Assembly: GCA_964016885.1 (NCBI GenBank)
Contig: OZ024744.1
Location: forward strand, 136,400,001 to 136,464,000
Direction: 5' to 3'
DNA: 64,000 bases
Source: Eledone cirrhosa
Lineage: Eukaryota
A program made the position numbers and the translations under genes. This document shows, piece after piece, positions 30,901 through 45,900 of the stretch (position 1 is its first letter; every line of letters begins with the position of its first letter). The notes beneath the pieces were generated by a model. The model searched no databases. It saw nothing but the letters and a program-made list of their open reading frames with translations, and was not told the origin of the DNA.

Positions 30901-33900
30901 TGTTGAGAGAGAAACTGTCTGAGAGGGATAGAATGTAGTGTGTGAGAGAAGAGACTGAGGTGGTATGGACATGTGATGTGTTGAGAGAGAAACTGTGTCT
31001 GAGAGGGATAGAATGTAGTGTGCGAGAGAGGAGACTGGTGGTATGGACATGTGATGAGTTGAGAGAGAAACTGTGTCTGAGAGGGATAGAATGTAGTGTG
31101 CGAGAGAGGAGACTGAGGTGGTATGTACATGTGATGACTTGAGAGAGAAACTGTCTGAGACGGATAGAATGTAGTGTGCGAGAGGGGAGACTGAGGTGGT
31201 ATGGACATGTGATGAGTTGAGAGAGAAACTGTGTCTGAGAGGGATAGAATGTAGTGTACGAGAGAGGAGACTGAGGTGGTATGTACATGTGATGAATTGA
31301 GAGAGAAACTGTGTCTGAGAGAGATAGAATGTAGTGTGCGAGAGAGGAGACTGAGGTGGTATGGACATGTGATGTGTTGAGAGAGAAACTGTGTCTGAGA
31401 GGGATAGAATGTAGTGTACGGGAGAGGAGACAGGTGGTATGGACATGTGATGAGTTGAAAGAGAAACTGTGTCTGAGAGGGATAGAATGTAGTGTGCGAG
31501 AGAGGAGACTGAGGTGGTATGAACATGTGATGAGTTGAAAGAGAAACTGTGTCTGAGAGGGATAGAATGTAGTGTGTGAGAGAGGAGACAGGTGGTATGG
31601 ACATGTGATGAGTTGAGAGAGAAACTCTGTCTGAGAGGGATAGAATGTAGTGTGCGAGAGAGGAGACTGAGGTGGTATGAACATGTGATGAGTTGAAAGA
31701 GAAACTGTGTCTGAGAGGGATAGAATGTAGTGTGTGAGAGAGGAGACAGGTGGTATGGACATGTGATGAGTTGAGAGAGAAACTGTGTCTGAGAGGGATA
31801 GAATGTAGTGTACGGGAGAGGAGACAGGTGGTATGAACATGTGATGAGTTGAGAGAGAAACTGTGTCTGAGAGGGATAGAATGTAGTGTGCGAGAGAGGA
31901 GACTGAGGTGGTATGGACATGTGATGACTTGAGAGAGAAACTGTGTCTGAGAGAGATAGAATGTAGTGTGTGAGAGAGGAGACTGAGGTGGTATGGACAT
32001 GTGATGTGTTGTGAGAGAAACTGTGTCTGAGAGAGATAGAATGTAGTGTGTGAGAGGGGAGACTGAGGTGGTATAGACATGTGATGAGTTGAGAGGGATA
32101 GAATGTGGTGTGCGAGAGAGGAGACTGAGGTGGTATGGACATGTGATGTGTTGAGAGAGAAACTGTGTCTGAGAGGGATATAATGTAGTGTGCGAGAGAG
32201 GAGACTGAGGTGGTATGGACATGTGATGTGTTGAGAGAGAAACTGTGTCTGAGAGGGATATAATGTAGTGTGCGAGAGAGGAGACTGAGGTGGTATGGAC
32301 ATGTGATGTGTTGAGAGAGAAACTGTGTCTGAGAGGGATAGAATGTAGTGTACGGGAGAGGAGACAGGTGGTATGGACATGTGATGAGTTGAAAGAGAAA
32401 CTGTGTCTGAGAGGGATAGAATGTAGTGTGCGAGAGAGGAGACTGAGGTGGTATGAACATGTGATGAGTTGAAAGAGAAACTGTGTCTGAGAGGGATAGA
32501 ATGTAGTGTGTGAGAGAGGAGACAGGTGGTATGGACATGTGATGAGTTGAGAGAGAAACTCTGTCTGAGAGGGATAGAATGTAGTGTGCGAGAGAGGAGA
32601 CTGAGGTGGTATGAACATGTGATGAGTTGAAAGAGAAACTGTGTCTGAGAGGGATAGAATGTAGTGTGTGAGAGAGGAGACAGGTGGTATGGACATGTGA
32701 TGAGTTGAGAGAGAAACTGTGTCTGAGAGGGATAGAATGTAGTGTGCGAGAGAGGAGACTGAGGTGGTATGGACATGTGATGAGTTGAGAGAGAAACTGT
32801 GTCTGAGAGGGATAGAATGTAGTGTGCGAGAGAGGAGACGGAGGTGGTATGGACATGTGATGAGTTGAGAGAGAAACTGTGTCTGAGAGGGATAGAATGT
32901 AGTGTACGGGAGAGGAGACAGGTGGTATGAACATGTGATGAGTTGAGAAACTGTGTCTGAGAGGGATAGAATGTAGTGTGCGAGAGAGGAGACTGAGGTG
33001 GTATGGACATGTGATGACTTGAGAGAGAAACTGTGTCTGAGAGAGATAGAATGTAGTGTGTGAGAGAGGAGACTGAGGTGGTATGGACATGTGATGTGTT
33101 GTGAGAGAAACTGTGTCTGAGAGAGATAGAATGTAGTGTGTGAGAGGGGAGACTGAGGTGGTATAGACATGTGATGAGTTGAGAGAGAAACTGTGACTGA
33201 GAGGGATAGAATGTGGTGTGCGAGAGAGGAGACTGAGGTGGTATGGACATGTGATGTGTTGAGAGAGAAACCGTGTCTGAGAGGGATAGAATGTAGTGTG
33301 CGAGAGAGGAGACTGAGGTGCTATGGACATGTGATGTGTCGAGAGAGAAACTGTGTCTGAGAGGGATATAATGTAGTGTGCGAGAGAGGAGACTGAGGTG
33401 GTATGGACATGTGATGTGTTGAGAGAGAAACTGTGTCTGAGAGGGATATAATGTAGTGTGCGAGAGAGGAGACTGAGGTGGTATGGACATGTGATGTGTT
33501 GAGAGAGAAACTGTGTCTGAGAGGGATAGAATGTAGTGTGCGAGAGAGGAAACTGAGGTGGTATGGACATGTGATGAGTTGAGAGAGAAACTGTCTGAGA
33601 GGGATAGAATGTAGTGTGCGAGAGAGGAGACTGAGGTGGTATGGACATGTGATGTGTTGAGAGAGAAACTGTGTCTGAGAGGGATAGAATGTAGTGTGCG
33701 AGAGAGGAGACTGAGGTGGTATGGACATGTGATGACTTGAGAGAGAAACTGTCTGAGAGGGATAGAATGTAGTGTGCGAGAGGGGAGACTGAGGTAGTAT
33801 AGACATGTGATGAATTGAGAGAGAAACTGTGTCTGAGAGGGATAGAATGTAGTGTACGGGAGAGGAGACAGGTGGTATGAACATGTGATGAGTTGAGAGA

Positions 33901-36900
33901 GAAACTGTGTCTGAGAGGGATAGAATGTAGTGTGCGAGAGAGGAGACTGAGGTGGTATGGACATGTGATGAGTTGAGAGAGAAACTGTGTCTGAGAGAGA
34001 TAGAATGTAGTGTGTGAGAGAAGAGACTGAGGTGGTATGGACATGTGATGTGTTGAGAGAGAAACTGTGTCTGAGAGAGATAGAATGTAGTGTGTGAGAG
34101 GGGAGACTGAGGTGGTATGGACATGTGATGAGTTGAGAGAGAAACTGTCTGAGAGGGATAGAATGTAGTGTGCGAGAGAGGAGACTGAGGTGGTATGGAC
34201 ATGTGAAGTGTTGAGAGAGAAACTGTGTCTGAGAGAGATAGAATGTAGTGTGTGAGAGAGGAGACTGAGGTGGTATGGACATGTGATGTGTTGTGAGAGA
34301 AACTGTGTCTGAGAGAGATAGAATGTAGTGTGTGAGAGGGGAGACTGAGGTGGTATAGACATGTGATGAGTTGAGAGAGAAACTGTGACTGAGAGGGATA
34401 GAATGTGGTGTGCGAGAGAGGAGACTGAGGTGGTATGGACATGTGATGTGTTGAGAGAGAAACCGTGTCTGTGAGGGATAGAATGTAGTGTGCGAGAGAG
34501 GAGACTGAGGTGCTATGGACATGTGATGTGTCGAGAGAGAGACTGTGTCTGAGAGGGATATAATGTAGTGTGCGAGAGAGGAGACTGAGGTGGTATGGAC
34601 ATGTGATGTGTTGAGAGAGAAACTGTGTCTGAGAGGGATATAATGTAGTGTGCGAGAGAGGAGACTGAGGTGGTATGGACATGTGATGTGTTGAGAGAGA
34701 AACTGTGTCTGAGAGGGATAGAATGTAGTGTGCGAGAGAGGAGACTGAGGTGGTATGGACATGTGATGAGTTGAGAGAGAAACTGTCTGAGAGGGATAGA
34801 ATGTAGTGTGCGAGAGAGGAGACTGAGGTGGTATGGACATGTGATGTGTTGAGAGAGAAACTGTGCCTGAGAGGGATAGAATGTAGTGTGCGAGAGAGGA
34901 GACTGAGGTGGTATGGACATGTGATGAGTTGAGAGAGAAACTGTCTGAGAGGGATAGAATGTAGTGTGCGAGAGAGGAGACTGAGGTGGTATGGACATGT
35001 GAAGTGTTGAGAGAGAAACTGTGTCTGAGAGAGATAGAATGTAGTGTGTGAGAGAGGATACTGAGGTTGTATGGACATGTGATGTGTTGTGAGAGAAACT
35101 GTGTCTGAGAGAGATAGAATGTAGTGTGTGAGAGGGGAGGCTGAGGTGGTATAGACATGTGATGAGTTGAGAGAGAAACTGTGACTGAGAGGGATAGAAT
35201 GTGGTGTGCGAGAGAGGAGACTGAGGTGGTATGGACATGTGATGTGTTGAGAGAGAAACCGTGTCTGTGTGGGATAGAATGTAGTGTGCGAGAGAGGAGA
35301 CTGAGGTGCTATGGACATGTGATGTGTCGAGAGAGAGACTGTGTCTGAGAGGGATATAATGTAGTGTGCGAGAGAGGAGACTGAGGTGGTATGGACATGT
35401 GATGTGTTGAGAGAGAAACTGTGTCTGAGAGGGATATAATGTAGTGTGCGAGAGAGGAGACTGAGGTGGTATGGACATGTGATGTGTTGAGAGAGAAACT
35501 GTGTCTGAGAGGGATAGAATGTAGTGTGCGAGAGAGGAGACTGAGGTGGTATGGACATGTGATGAGTTGAGAGAGAAACTGTCTGAGAGGGATAGAATGT
35601 AGTGTGCGAGAGAGGAGACTGAGGTGGTATGGACATGTGATGTGTTGAGAGAGAAACTGTGTCTGAGAGGGATAGAATGTAGTGTGCGAGAGAGGAGACT
35701 GAGGTGGTATGGACATGTGATGACTTGAGAGAGAAACTGTCTGAGAGGGATAGAATGTAGTGTGCGAGAGGGGAGACTGAGGTAGTATAGACATGTGATG
35801 AATTGAGAGAGAAACTGTGTCTGAGAGGGATAGAATGTAGTGTACGGGAGAGGAGACAGGTGGTATGGACATGTGATGAGTTGAGAGAGAAACTGTGTCT
35901 GAGAGGGATAGAATGAAGTGTGCGAGAGAGGAGACTGAGCTGGTATGGACATGTGATGTGTTGAGAGAGAAACCGTGTCTGAGAGGGATAGAATGTAGTA
36001 TGCGAGAGAGGAGACTGAGGTGCTATGGACATGTGATGAGTTGAGAGAGAAACTGTGTCTGAGAGGGATAGAATGTAGTGTGTGAGAGAGGAGACTGAGG
36101 TGGTATGGACATGTGATGAGTTCAGAGAGAAACTGTGTCTGAGAGGGATAGAATGAAGTGTGCGAGAGAGGAGACTGAGGTGGTATGGACATGTGATGAG
36201 TTGAGAGAGAAACTGTGTCTGAGAGTGATAGAATGTAGTGTGTGAGAGAGGAGACTGAGGTGGTATAGACATGTGATGTGTTGAGAGAGAAACTGTGTCT
36301 GAGAGGGATAGAATGTAGTGTGCGAGAGAGGAGACAGGTGGTATGGACATGTGATGAGTTGAGAGAGAAACCGTGTCTGAGAGGGATAGAATGTAGTGTG
36401 CGAGAGAGGAGACTGAGGTGGTATAGACATGTGATGTGTTGAGAGAGAAACTGTGTCTGAGAGGGATAGAATGTAGTGTACGGGAGAGGAGACAGGTGGT
36501 ATGAACATGTGATGAGTTGAGAGAGAAACTGTGTCTGAGAGAGATAGAATGTAGTGTGTGAGAGAGGAGACTGAGGTGGTATGGACATGTGATGTGTTGA
36601 GAGAGAAACTGTGTCTGAGAGGGATAGAATGTAGTGTGCGAGAGAGGAGACTGAGGTGGTATGGACATGTGATGAGTTGAGAGAGAAACTGTGTCTGAGA
36701 GAGATAGAATGTAGTGTGTGAGAGAGGAGACTGAGGTGGTATGGACATGTGATGTGTTGAGAGAGAAACTGTGTCTGAGAGTGATAGAATGTAGTGTACG
36801 GGAGAGGAGACTTAGGTAGTATGGACATGTGATGAGTTGAGAGAGAAACTGTGTCTGAGAGGGATAGAATGTAGTGTGAGAGAGAGGAGACTGAGGTGGT

Positions 36901-39900
36901 ATGGACATGTGATGAGTTGAGAGAGAAACTGCTTCTGAGAGGGATAGAATGTAGTGTGCGAGAGAGGAGACTGAGGTGGTATGGACATGTGATGTGTTGA
37001 GAGAGAAACTGTGTCTGAGAGGGATAGAATGTAGTGTGTGAGAGAGGAGACTGAGGTGGTATGGACATGTGATGTGTTGAGAGAGAAACTGTGTCTGAGA
37101 GGGATAGAATGTAGTGTGCGAGAGGGGAGACTGAGGTGGTATGGACATGTGATGTGTTGAGAGAGAAACTGTGTCTGAGAGGGATAGAATGTAGTGTGTG
37201 AGAGAGGAGACTGAGGTGGTATGGACATGTGATGTGTTGAGAGAGAAACTGTGTCTGAGAGGGATAGAATGAAGTGTGCGAGAGAGGAGACTGAGGTGGT
37301 ATGGACATGTGATGAGTTGAGAGAGAAACTGTGTCTGAGAGGGATAGAATGTAGTCTGTGAGAGAGGAGACTGAGGTGGTATGGACATGTGATGTGTTGA
37401 GAGAGAAACTGTGTCTGAGAGGGATAGAATGTAGTGTGCGAGAGAGGAGACTGAGGTGGTATGGACATGTGATGAGTTGAGAGAGAAACTGTGTCTGAGA
37501 GGGATAGAATGTAGTCTGTGAGAGAGGAGACTGAGCTGGTATAGACATGTGATGTGTTGAGAGAGAAACCGTGTCTGAGAGGGATAGAATGTAGTGTGCG
37601 AGAGAGGAGACTGAGGTGCTATGGACATGTGATGTGTCGAGAGAGAAACTGTGTCTGAGAGGGATATAATGTAGTGTGCGAGAGAGGAGACTGAGGTGGT
37701 ATGGACATGTGATGTGTTGAGAGAGAAACTGTGTCTGAGAGGGATAGAATGTGGTGTACGGGACAGGAGACTGAGGTGGTATGGACATGTGATGAATCGA
37801 GAGAGAAACTGTGTCTGAGAGAGATAGAATGTAGTGTGCGAGAAAGGAGACAGGTGGTATTGATATGTGATGAGTTGAGAGAGAAACTGTCTGAGAGAGA
37901 TATAATGTAGTGTGCGAGAGAGGAGACTGAGCTGGTATGGACATGTGATGTGTTGAGAGAGAAACCGTGTCTGAGAGGGATAGAATGTAGTATGCGAGAG
38001 AGGAGACTGAGGTGCTATGGACATGTGATGAGTTGAGAGAGAAACTGTGTCTGAGAGGGATAGAATGTAGTGTGTGAGAGAGGAGACTGAGGTGGTATGG
38101 ACATGTGATGAGTTCAGAGAGAAACTGTGTCTGAGAGGGATAGAATGAAGTGTGCGAGAGAGGAGACTGAGGTGGTATGGACATGTGATGAGTTGAGAGA
38201 GAAACTGTGTCTGAGAGTGATAGAATGTAGTGTGTGAGAGAGGAGACTGAGGTGGTATAGACATGTGATGTGTTGAGAGAGAAACTGTGTCTGAGAGGGA
38301 TAGAATGTAGTGTGCGAGAGAGGAGACAGGTGGTATGGACATGTGATGAGTTGAGAGAGAAACCGTGTCTGAGAGGGATAGAATGTAGTGTGCGAGAGAG
38401 GAGACTGAGGTGGTATAGACATGTGATGTGTTGAGAGAGAAACTGTGTCTGAGAGGGATAGAATGTAGTGTGCGAGAGAGGAGACTGGTGGTATGGACAT
38501 GTGATGAGTTGAGAGAAAAACTGTCTGAGAGGTATAGAATGTAGTGTGCGAGAGAGGAGACTGAGGTGGTATGGACATGTGATGAGTTGAGAGAGAAACT
38601 GTCTCTGAGAGTGATAGAATGTAGTGTGCGAGAGAGGAGACTGGTGGTATGGACATGTGATGAGTTGAGAGAGAAACTGTCTCTGAGAGGGATAGAATGT
38701 AGTGTGCGAGAGAGGAGACAGGTGGTATGGACATGTGATGAGTTGAGAGAGAAACCGTGTCTGAGAGGGATAGAATGTAGTGTGCGAGAGAGGAGACTGA
38801 GGTGGTATAGACATGTGATGTGTTGAGAGAGAAACTGTGTCTGAGAGGGATAGAATGTAGTGTACGGGAGAGGAGACAGGTGGTATGAACATGTGATGAG
38901 TTGAGAGAGAAACTGTGTCTGAGAGGGATAGAATGTAGTGTGCGAGAGAGGAGACTGAGGTGGTATGGACATGTGATGACTTGAGAGAGAAACTGTGTCT
39001 GAGAGAGATAGAATGTAGTTTGTGAGAGAGGAGACTGAGGTGGTATGGACATGTGATGTGTTGTGAGAGAAACTGTGTCTGAGAGGGATAGGATATAGTG
39101 TGCGAGAGGAGGAGACTGAGGTGGTATGGACATGTGATGTGTTGAGAGAGAAACTGTGTCCGAGAGTGATAGAATGTAGTGTAAGAGAGAGGAGACTGAG
39201 GTGGTATGGACATGTGATGAGTTGAGAGAGAAACTGTGTCTGATAGGGATAGAATATAGTGTGCGAGAGGAGGAGACTGAGGTGGTATGGACATGTGATG
39301 TGTTGAGAGAGAAACTGTCTGAGAGGGATAGAATGTAGTGTGTGAGAGAAGAGACTGAGGTGGTATGGACATGTGATGTGTTGAGAGAGAAACTGTGTCT
39401 GAGAGGGATAGAATGTAGTGTGCGAGAGAGGAGACTGGTGGTATGGACATGTGATGAGTTGAGAGAGAAACTGTGTCTGAGAGGGGTAGAATGTAGTGTG
39501 CGAGAGAGGAGACTGAGGTGGTATGTACATGTGATGACTTGAGAGAGAAACTGTCTGAGACGGATAGAATGTAGTGTGCGAGAGGGGAGACTGAGGTGGT
39601 ATGGACATGTGATGAGTTGAGAGAGAAACTGTGTCTGAGAGGGATAGAATGTAGTGTACGAGAGAGGAGACTGAGGTGGTATGTACATGTGATGAATTGA
39701 GAGAGAAACTGTGTCTGAGAGAGATAGAATGTAGTGTGCGAGAGAGGAGACTGAGGTGGTATGGACATGTGATGTGTTGAGAGAGAAACTGTGTCTGAGA
39801 GGGATAGAATGTAGTGTACGGGAGAGGAGACAGGTGGTATGGACATGTGATGAGTTGAAAGAGAAACTGTGTCTGAGAGGGATAGAATGTAGTGTGCGAG

Positions 39901-42900
39901 AGAGGAGACTGAGGTGGTATGAACATGTGATGAGTTGAAAGAGAAACTGTGTCTGAGAGGGATAGAATGTAGTGTGTGAGAGAGGAGACAGGTGGTATGG
40001 ACATGTGATGAGTTGAGAGAGAAACTCTGTCTGAGAGGGATAGAATGTAGTGTGCGAGAGAGGAGACTGAGGTGGTATGAACATGTGATGAGTTGAAAGA
40101 GAAACTGTGTCTGAGAGGGATAGAATGTAGTGTGTGAGAGAGGAGACAGGTGGTATGGACATGTGATGAGTTGAGAGAGAAACTGTGTCTGAGAGGGATA
40201 GAATGTAGTGTACGGGAGAGGAGACAGGTGGTATGAACATGTGATGAGTTGAGAGAGAAACTGTGTCTGAGAGGGATAGAATGTAGTGTGCGAGAGAGGA
40301 GACTGAGGTGGTATGGACATGTGATGACTTGAGAGAGAAACTGTGTCTGAGAGAGATAGAATGTAGTGTGTGAGAGAGGAGACTGAGGTGGTATGGACAT
40401 GTGATGTGTTGTGAGAGAAACTGTGTCTGAGAGAGATAGAATGTAGTGTGTGAGAGGGGAGACTGAGGTGGTATAGACATGTGATGAGTTGAGAGGGATA
40501 GAATGTGGTGTGCGAGAGAGGAGACTGAGGTGGTATGGACATGTGATGTGTTGAGAGAGAAACTGTGTCTGAGAGGGATATAATGTAGTGTGCGAGAGAG
40601 GAGACTGAGGTGGTATGGACATGTGATGTGTTGAGAGAGAAACTGTGTCTGAGAGGGATATAATGTAGTGTGCGAGAGAGGAGACTGAGGTGGTATGGAC
40701 ATGTGATGTGTTGAGAGAGAAACTGTGTCTGAGAGGGATAGAATGTAGTGTACGGGAGAGGAGACAGGTGGTATGGACATGTGATGAGTTGAAAGAGAAA
40801 CTGTGTCTGAGAGGGATAGAATGTAGTGTGCGAGAGAGGAGACTGAGGTGGTATGAACATGTGATGAGTTGAAAGAGAAACTGTGTCTGAGAGGGATAGA
40901 ATGTAGTGTGTGAGAGAGGAGACAGGTGGTATGGACATGTGATGAGTTGAGAGAGAAACTCTGTCTGAGAGGGATAGAATGTAGTGTGCGAGAGAGGAGA
41001 CTGAGGTGGTATGAACATGTGATGAGTTGAAAGAGAAACTGTGTCTGAGAGGGATAGAATGTAGTGTGTGAGAGAGGAGACAGGTGGTATGGACATGTGA
41101 TGAGTTGAGAGAGAAACTGTGTCTGAGAGGGATAGAATGTAGTGTGCGAGAGAGGAGACTGAGGTGGTATGGACATGTGATGAGTTGAGAGAGAAACTGT
41201 GTCTGAGAGGGATAGAATGTAGTGTGCGAGAGAGGAGACGGAGGTGGTATGGACATGTGATGAGTTGAGAGAGAAACTGTGTCTGAGAGGGATAGAATGT
41301 AGTGTACGGGAGAGGAGACAGGTGGTATGAACATGTGATGAGTTGAGAAACTGTGTCTGAGAGGGATAGAATGTAGTGTGCGAGAGAGGAGACTGAGGTG
41401 GTATGGACATGTGATGACTTGAGAGAGAAACTGTGTCTGAGAGAGATAGAATGTAGTGTGTGAGAGAGGAGACTGAGGTGGTATGGACATGTGATGTGTT
41501 GTGAGAGAAACTGTGTCTGAGAGAGATAGAATGTAGTGTGTGAGAGGGGAGACTGAGGTGGTATAGACATGTGATGAGTTGAGAGAGAAACTGTGACTGA
41601 GAGGGATAGAATGTGGTGTGCGAGAGAGGAGACTGAGGTGGTATGGACATGTGATGTGTTGAGAGAGAAACCGTGTCTGAGAGGGATAGAATGTAGTGTG
41701 CGAGAGAGGAGACTGAGGTGCTATGGACATGTGATGTGTCGAGAGAGAAACTGTGTCTGAGAGGGATATAATGTAGTGTGCGAGAGAGGAGACTGAGGTG
41801 GTATGGACATGTGATGTGTTGAGAGAGAAACTGTGTCTGAGAGGGATATAATGTAGTGTGCGAGAGAGGAGACTGAGGTGGTATGGACATGTGATGTGTT
41901 GAGAGAGAAACTGTGTCTGAGAGGGATAGAATGTAGTGTGCGAGAGAGGAAACTGAGGTGGTATGGACATGTGATGAGTTGAGAGAGAAACTGTCTGAGA
42001 GGGATAGAATGTAGTGTGCGAGAGAGGAGACTGAGGTGGTATGGACATGTGATGTGTTGAGAGAGAAACTGTGTCTGAGAGGGATAGAATGTAGTGTGCG
42101 AGAGAGGAGACTGAGGTGGTATGGACATGTGATGACTTGAGAGAGAAACTGTCTGAGAGGGATAGAATGTAGTGTGCGAGAGGGGAGACTGAGGTAGTAT
42201 AGACATGTGATGAATTGAGAGAGAAACTGTGTCTGAGAGGGATAGAATGTAGTGTACGGGAGAGGAGACAGGTGGTATGAACATGTGATGAGTTGAGAGA
42301 GAAACTGTGTCTGAGAGGGATAGAATGTAGTGTGCGAGAGAGGAGACTGAGGTGGTATGGACATGTGATGAGTTGAGAGAGAAACTGTGTCTGAGAGAGA
42401 TAGAATGTAGTGTGTGAGAGAAGAGACTGAGGTGGTATGGACATGTGATGTGTTGAGAGAGAAACTGTGTCTGAGAGAGATAGAATGTAGTGTGTGAGAG
42501 GGGAGACTGAGGTGGTATGGACATGTGATGAGTTGAGAGAGAAACTGTCTGAGAGGGATAGAATGTAGTGTGCGAGAGAGGAGACTGAGGTGGTATGGAC
42601 ATGTGAAGTGTTGAGAGAGAAACTGTGTCTGAGAGAGATAGAATGTAGTGTGTGAGAGAGGAGACTGAGGTGGTATGGACATGTGATGTGTTGTGAGAGA
42701 AACTGTGTCTGAGAGAGATAGAATGTAGTGTGTGAGAGGGGAGACTGAGGTGGTATAGACATGTGATGAGTTGAGAGAGAAACTGTGACTGAGAGGGATA
42801 GAATGTGGTGTGCGAGAGAGGAGACTGAGGTGGTATGGACATGTGATGTGTTGAGAGAGAAACCGTGTCTGTGAGGGATAGAATGTAGTGTGCGAGAGAG

Positions 42901-45900
42901 GAGACTGAGGTGCTATGGACATGTGATGTGTCGAGAGAGAGACTGTGTCTGAGAGGGATATAATGTAGTGTGCGAGAGAGGAGACTGAGGTGGTATGGAC
43001 ATGTGATGTGTTGAGAGAGAAACTGTGTCTGAGAGGGATATAATGTAGTGTGCGAGAGAGGAGACTGAGGTGGTATGGACATGTGATGTGTTGAGAGAGA
43101 AACTGTGTCTGAGAGGGATAGAATGTAGTGTGCGAGAGAGGAGACTGAGGTGGTATGGACATGTGATGAGTTGAGAGAGAAACTGTCTGAGAGGGATAGA
43201 ATGTAGTGTGCGAGAGAGGAGACTGAGGTGGTATGGACATGTGATGTGTTGAGAGAGAAACTGTGCCTGAGAGGGATAGAATGTAGTGTGCGAGAGAGGA
43301 GACTGAGGTGGTATGGACATGTGATGAGTTGAGAGAGAAACTGTCTGAGAGGGATAGAATGTAGTGTGCGAGAGAGGAGACTGAGGTGGTATGGACATGT
43401 GAAGTGTTGAGAGAGAAACTGTGTCTGAGAGAGATAGAATGTAGTGTGTGAGAGAGGATACTGAGGTTGTATGGACATGTGATGTGTTGTGAGAGAAACT
43501 GTGTCTGAGAGAGATAGAATGTAGTGTGTGAGAGGGGAGACTGAGGTGGTATAGACATGTGATGAGTTGAGAGAGAAACTGTGACTGAGAGGGATAGAAT
43601 GTGGTGTGCGAGAGAGGAGACTGAGGTGGTATGGACATGTGATGTGTTGAGAGAGAAACCGTGTCTGTGTGGGATAGAATGTAGTGTGCGAGAGAGGAGA
43701 CTGAGGTGCTATGGACATGTGATGTGTCGAGAGAGAGACTGTGTCTGAGAGGGATATAATGTAGTGTGCGAGAGAGGAGACTGAGGTGGTATGGACATGT
43801 GATGTGTTGAGAGAGAAACTGTGTCTGAGAGGGATATAATGTAGTGTGCGAGAGAGGAGACTGAGGTGGTATGGACATGTGATGTGTTGAGAGAGAAACT
43901 GTGTCTGAGAGGGATAGAATGTAGTGTGCGAGAGAGGAGACTGAGGTGGTATGGACATGTGATGAGTTGAGAGAGAAACTGTCTGAGAGGGATAGAATGT
44001 AGTGTGCGAGAGAGGAGACTGAGGTGGTATGGACATGTGATGTGTTGAGAGAGAAACTGTGTCTGAGAGGGATAGAATGTAGTGTGCGAGAGAGGAGACT
44101 GAGGTGGTATGGACATGTGATGACTTGAGAGAGAAACTGTCTGAGAGGGATAGAATGTAGTGTGCGAGAGGGGAGACTGAGGTAGTATAGACATGTGATG
44201 AATTGAGAGAGAAACTGTGTCTGAGAGGGATAGAATGTAGTGTACGGGAGAGGAGACAGGTGGTATGGACATGTGATGAGTTGAGAGAGAAACTGTGTCT
44301 GAGAGGGATAGAATGTAGTGTGCGAGAGAGGAGACTGAGGTGGTATGGACATGTGATGAGTTGAGAGAGAAACTGTGTCTGAGAGGGATAGAATGTAGTG
44401 TGCGAGAGAGGAGACTGAGGTGGTATGGACATGTGATGAGTTGAGAGAGAAACTGTGTCTGAGAGGGATAGAATGTAGTGTGCGAGAGAGGAGACGGAGG
44501 TGGTATGGACATGTGATGAGTTGAGAGAGAAACTGTGTCTGAGAGGGATAGAATGTAGTGTACGGGAGAGGAGACAGGTGGTATGAACATGTGATGAGTT
44601 GAGAAACTGTGTCTGAGAGGGATAGAATGTAGTGTGCGAGAGAGGAGACTGAGGTGGTATGGACATGTGATGACTTGAGAGAGAAACTGTGTCTGAGAGA
44701 GATAGAATGTAGTGTGTGAGAGAGGAGACTGAGGTGGTATGGACATGTGATGTGTTGTGAGAGAAACTGTGTCTGAGAGAGATAGAATGTAGTGTGTGAG
44801 AGGGGAGACTGAGGTGGTATAGACATGTGATGAGTTGAGAGAGAAACTGTGACTGAGAGGGATAGAATCTGGTGTGCGAGAGAGGAGACTGAGGTGGTAT
44901 GGACATGTGATGTGTTGAGAGAGAAACCGTGTCTGAGAGGGATAGAATGTAGTGTGCGAGAGAGGAGACTGAGGTGCTATGGACATGTGATGTGTCGAGA
45001 GAGAAACTGTGTCTGAGAGGGATATAATGTAGTGTGCGAGAGAGGAGACTGAGGTGGTATGGACATGTGATGTGTTGAGAGAGAAACTGTGTCTGAGAGA
45101 GATAGAATGTAGTGTGTGAGAGAGGAGACTGAGGTGGTATGGACATGTGATGTGTTGTGAGAGAAACTGTGTCTGAGAGAGATAGAATGTAGTGTGTGAG
45201 AGGGGAGACTGAGGTGGTATAGACATGTGATGAGTTGAGAGAGAAACTGTGACTGAGAGGGATAGAATGTGGTGTGCGAGAGAGGAGACTGAGGTGGTAT
45301 GGACATGTGATGTGTTGAGAGAGAAACCGTGTCTGTGAGGGATAGAATGTAGTGTGCGAGAGAGGAGACTGAGGTGCTATGGACATGTGATGTGTCGAGA
45401 GAGAGACTGTGTCTGAGAGGGATATAATGTAGTGTGCGAGAGAGGAGACTGAGGTGGTATGGACATGTGATGTGTTGAGAGAGAAACTGTGTCTGAGAGG
45501 GATATAATGTAGTGTGCGAGAGAGGAGACTGAGGTGGTATGGACATGTGATGAGTTGAGAGAGAAACTGTCTGAGAGGGATAGAATGTAGTGTGCGAGAG
45601 AGGAGACTGAGGTGGTATGGACATGTGATGTGTTGAGAGAGAAACTGTGTCTGAGAGGGATAGAATGTAGTGTGCGAGAGAGGAGACTGAGGTGGTATGG
45701 ACATGTGATGACTTGAGAGAGAAACTGTCTGAGAGGGATAGAATGTAGTGTGCGAGAGGGGAGACTGAGGTAGTATAGACATGTGATGAATTGAGAGAGA
45801 AACTGTGTCTGAGAGGGATAGAATGTAGTGTACGGGAGAGGAGACAGGTGGTATGGACATGTGATGAGTTGAGAGAGAAACTGTGTCTGAGAGGGATAGA

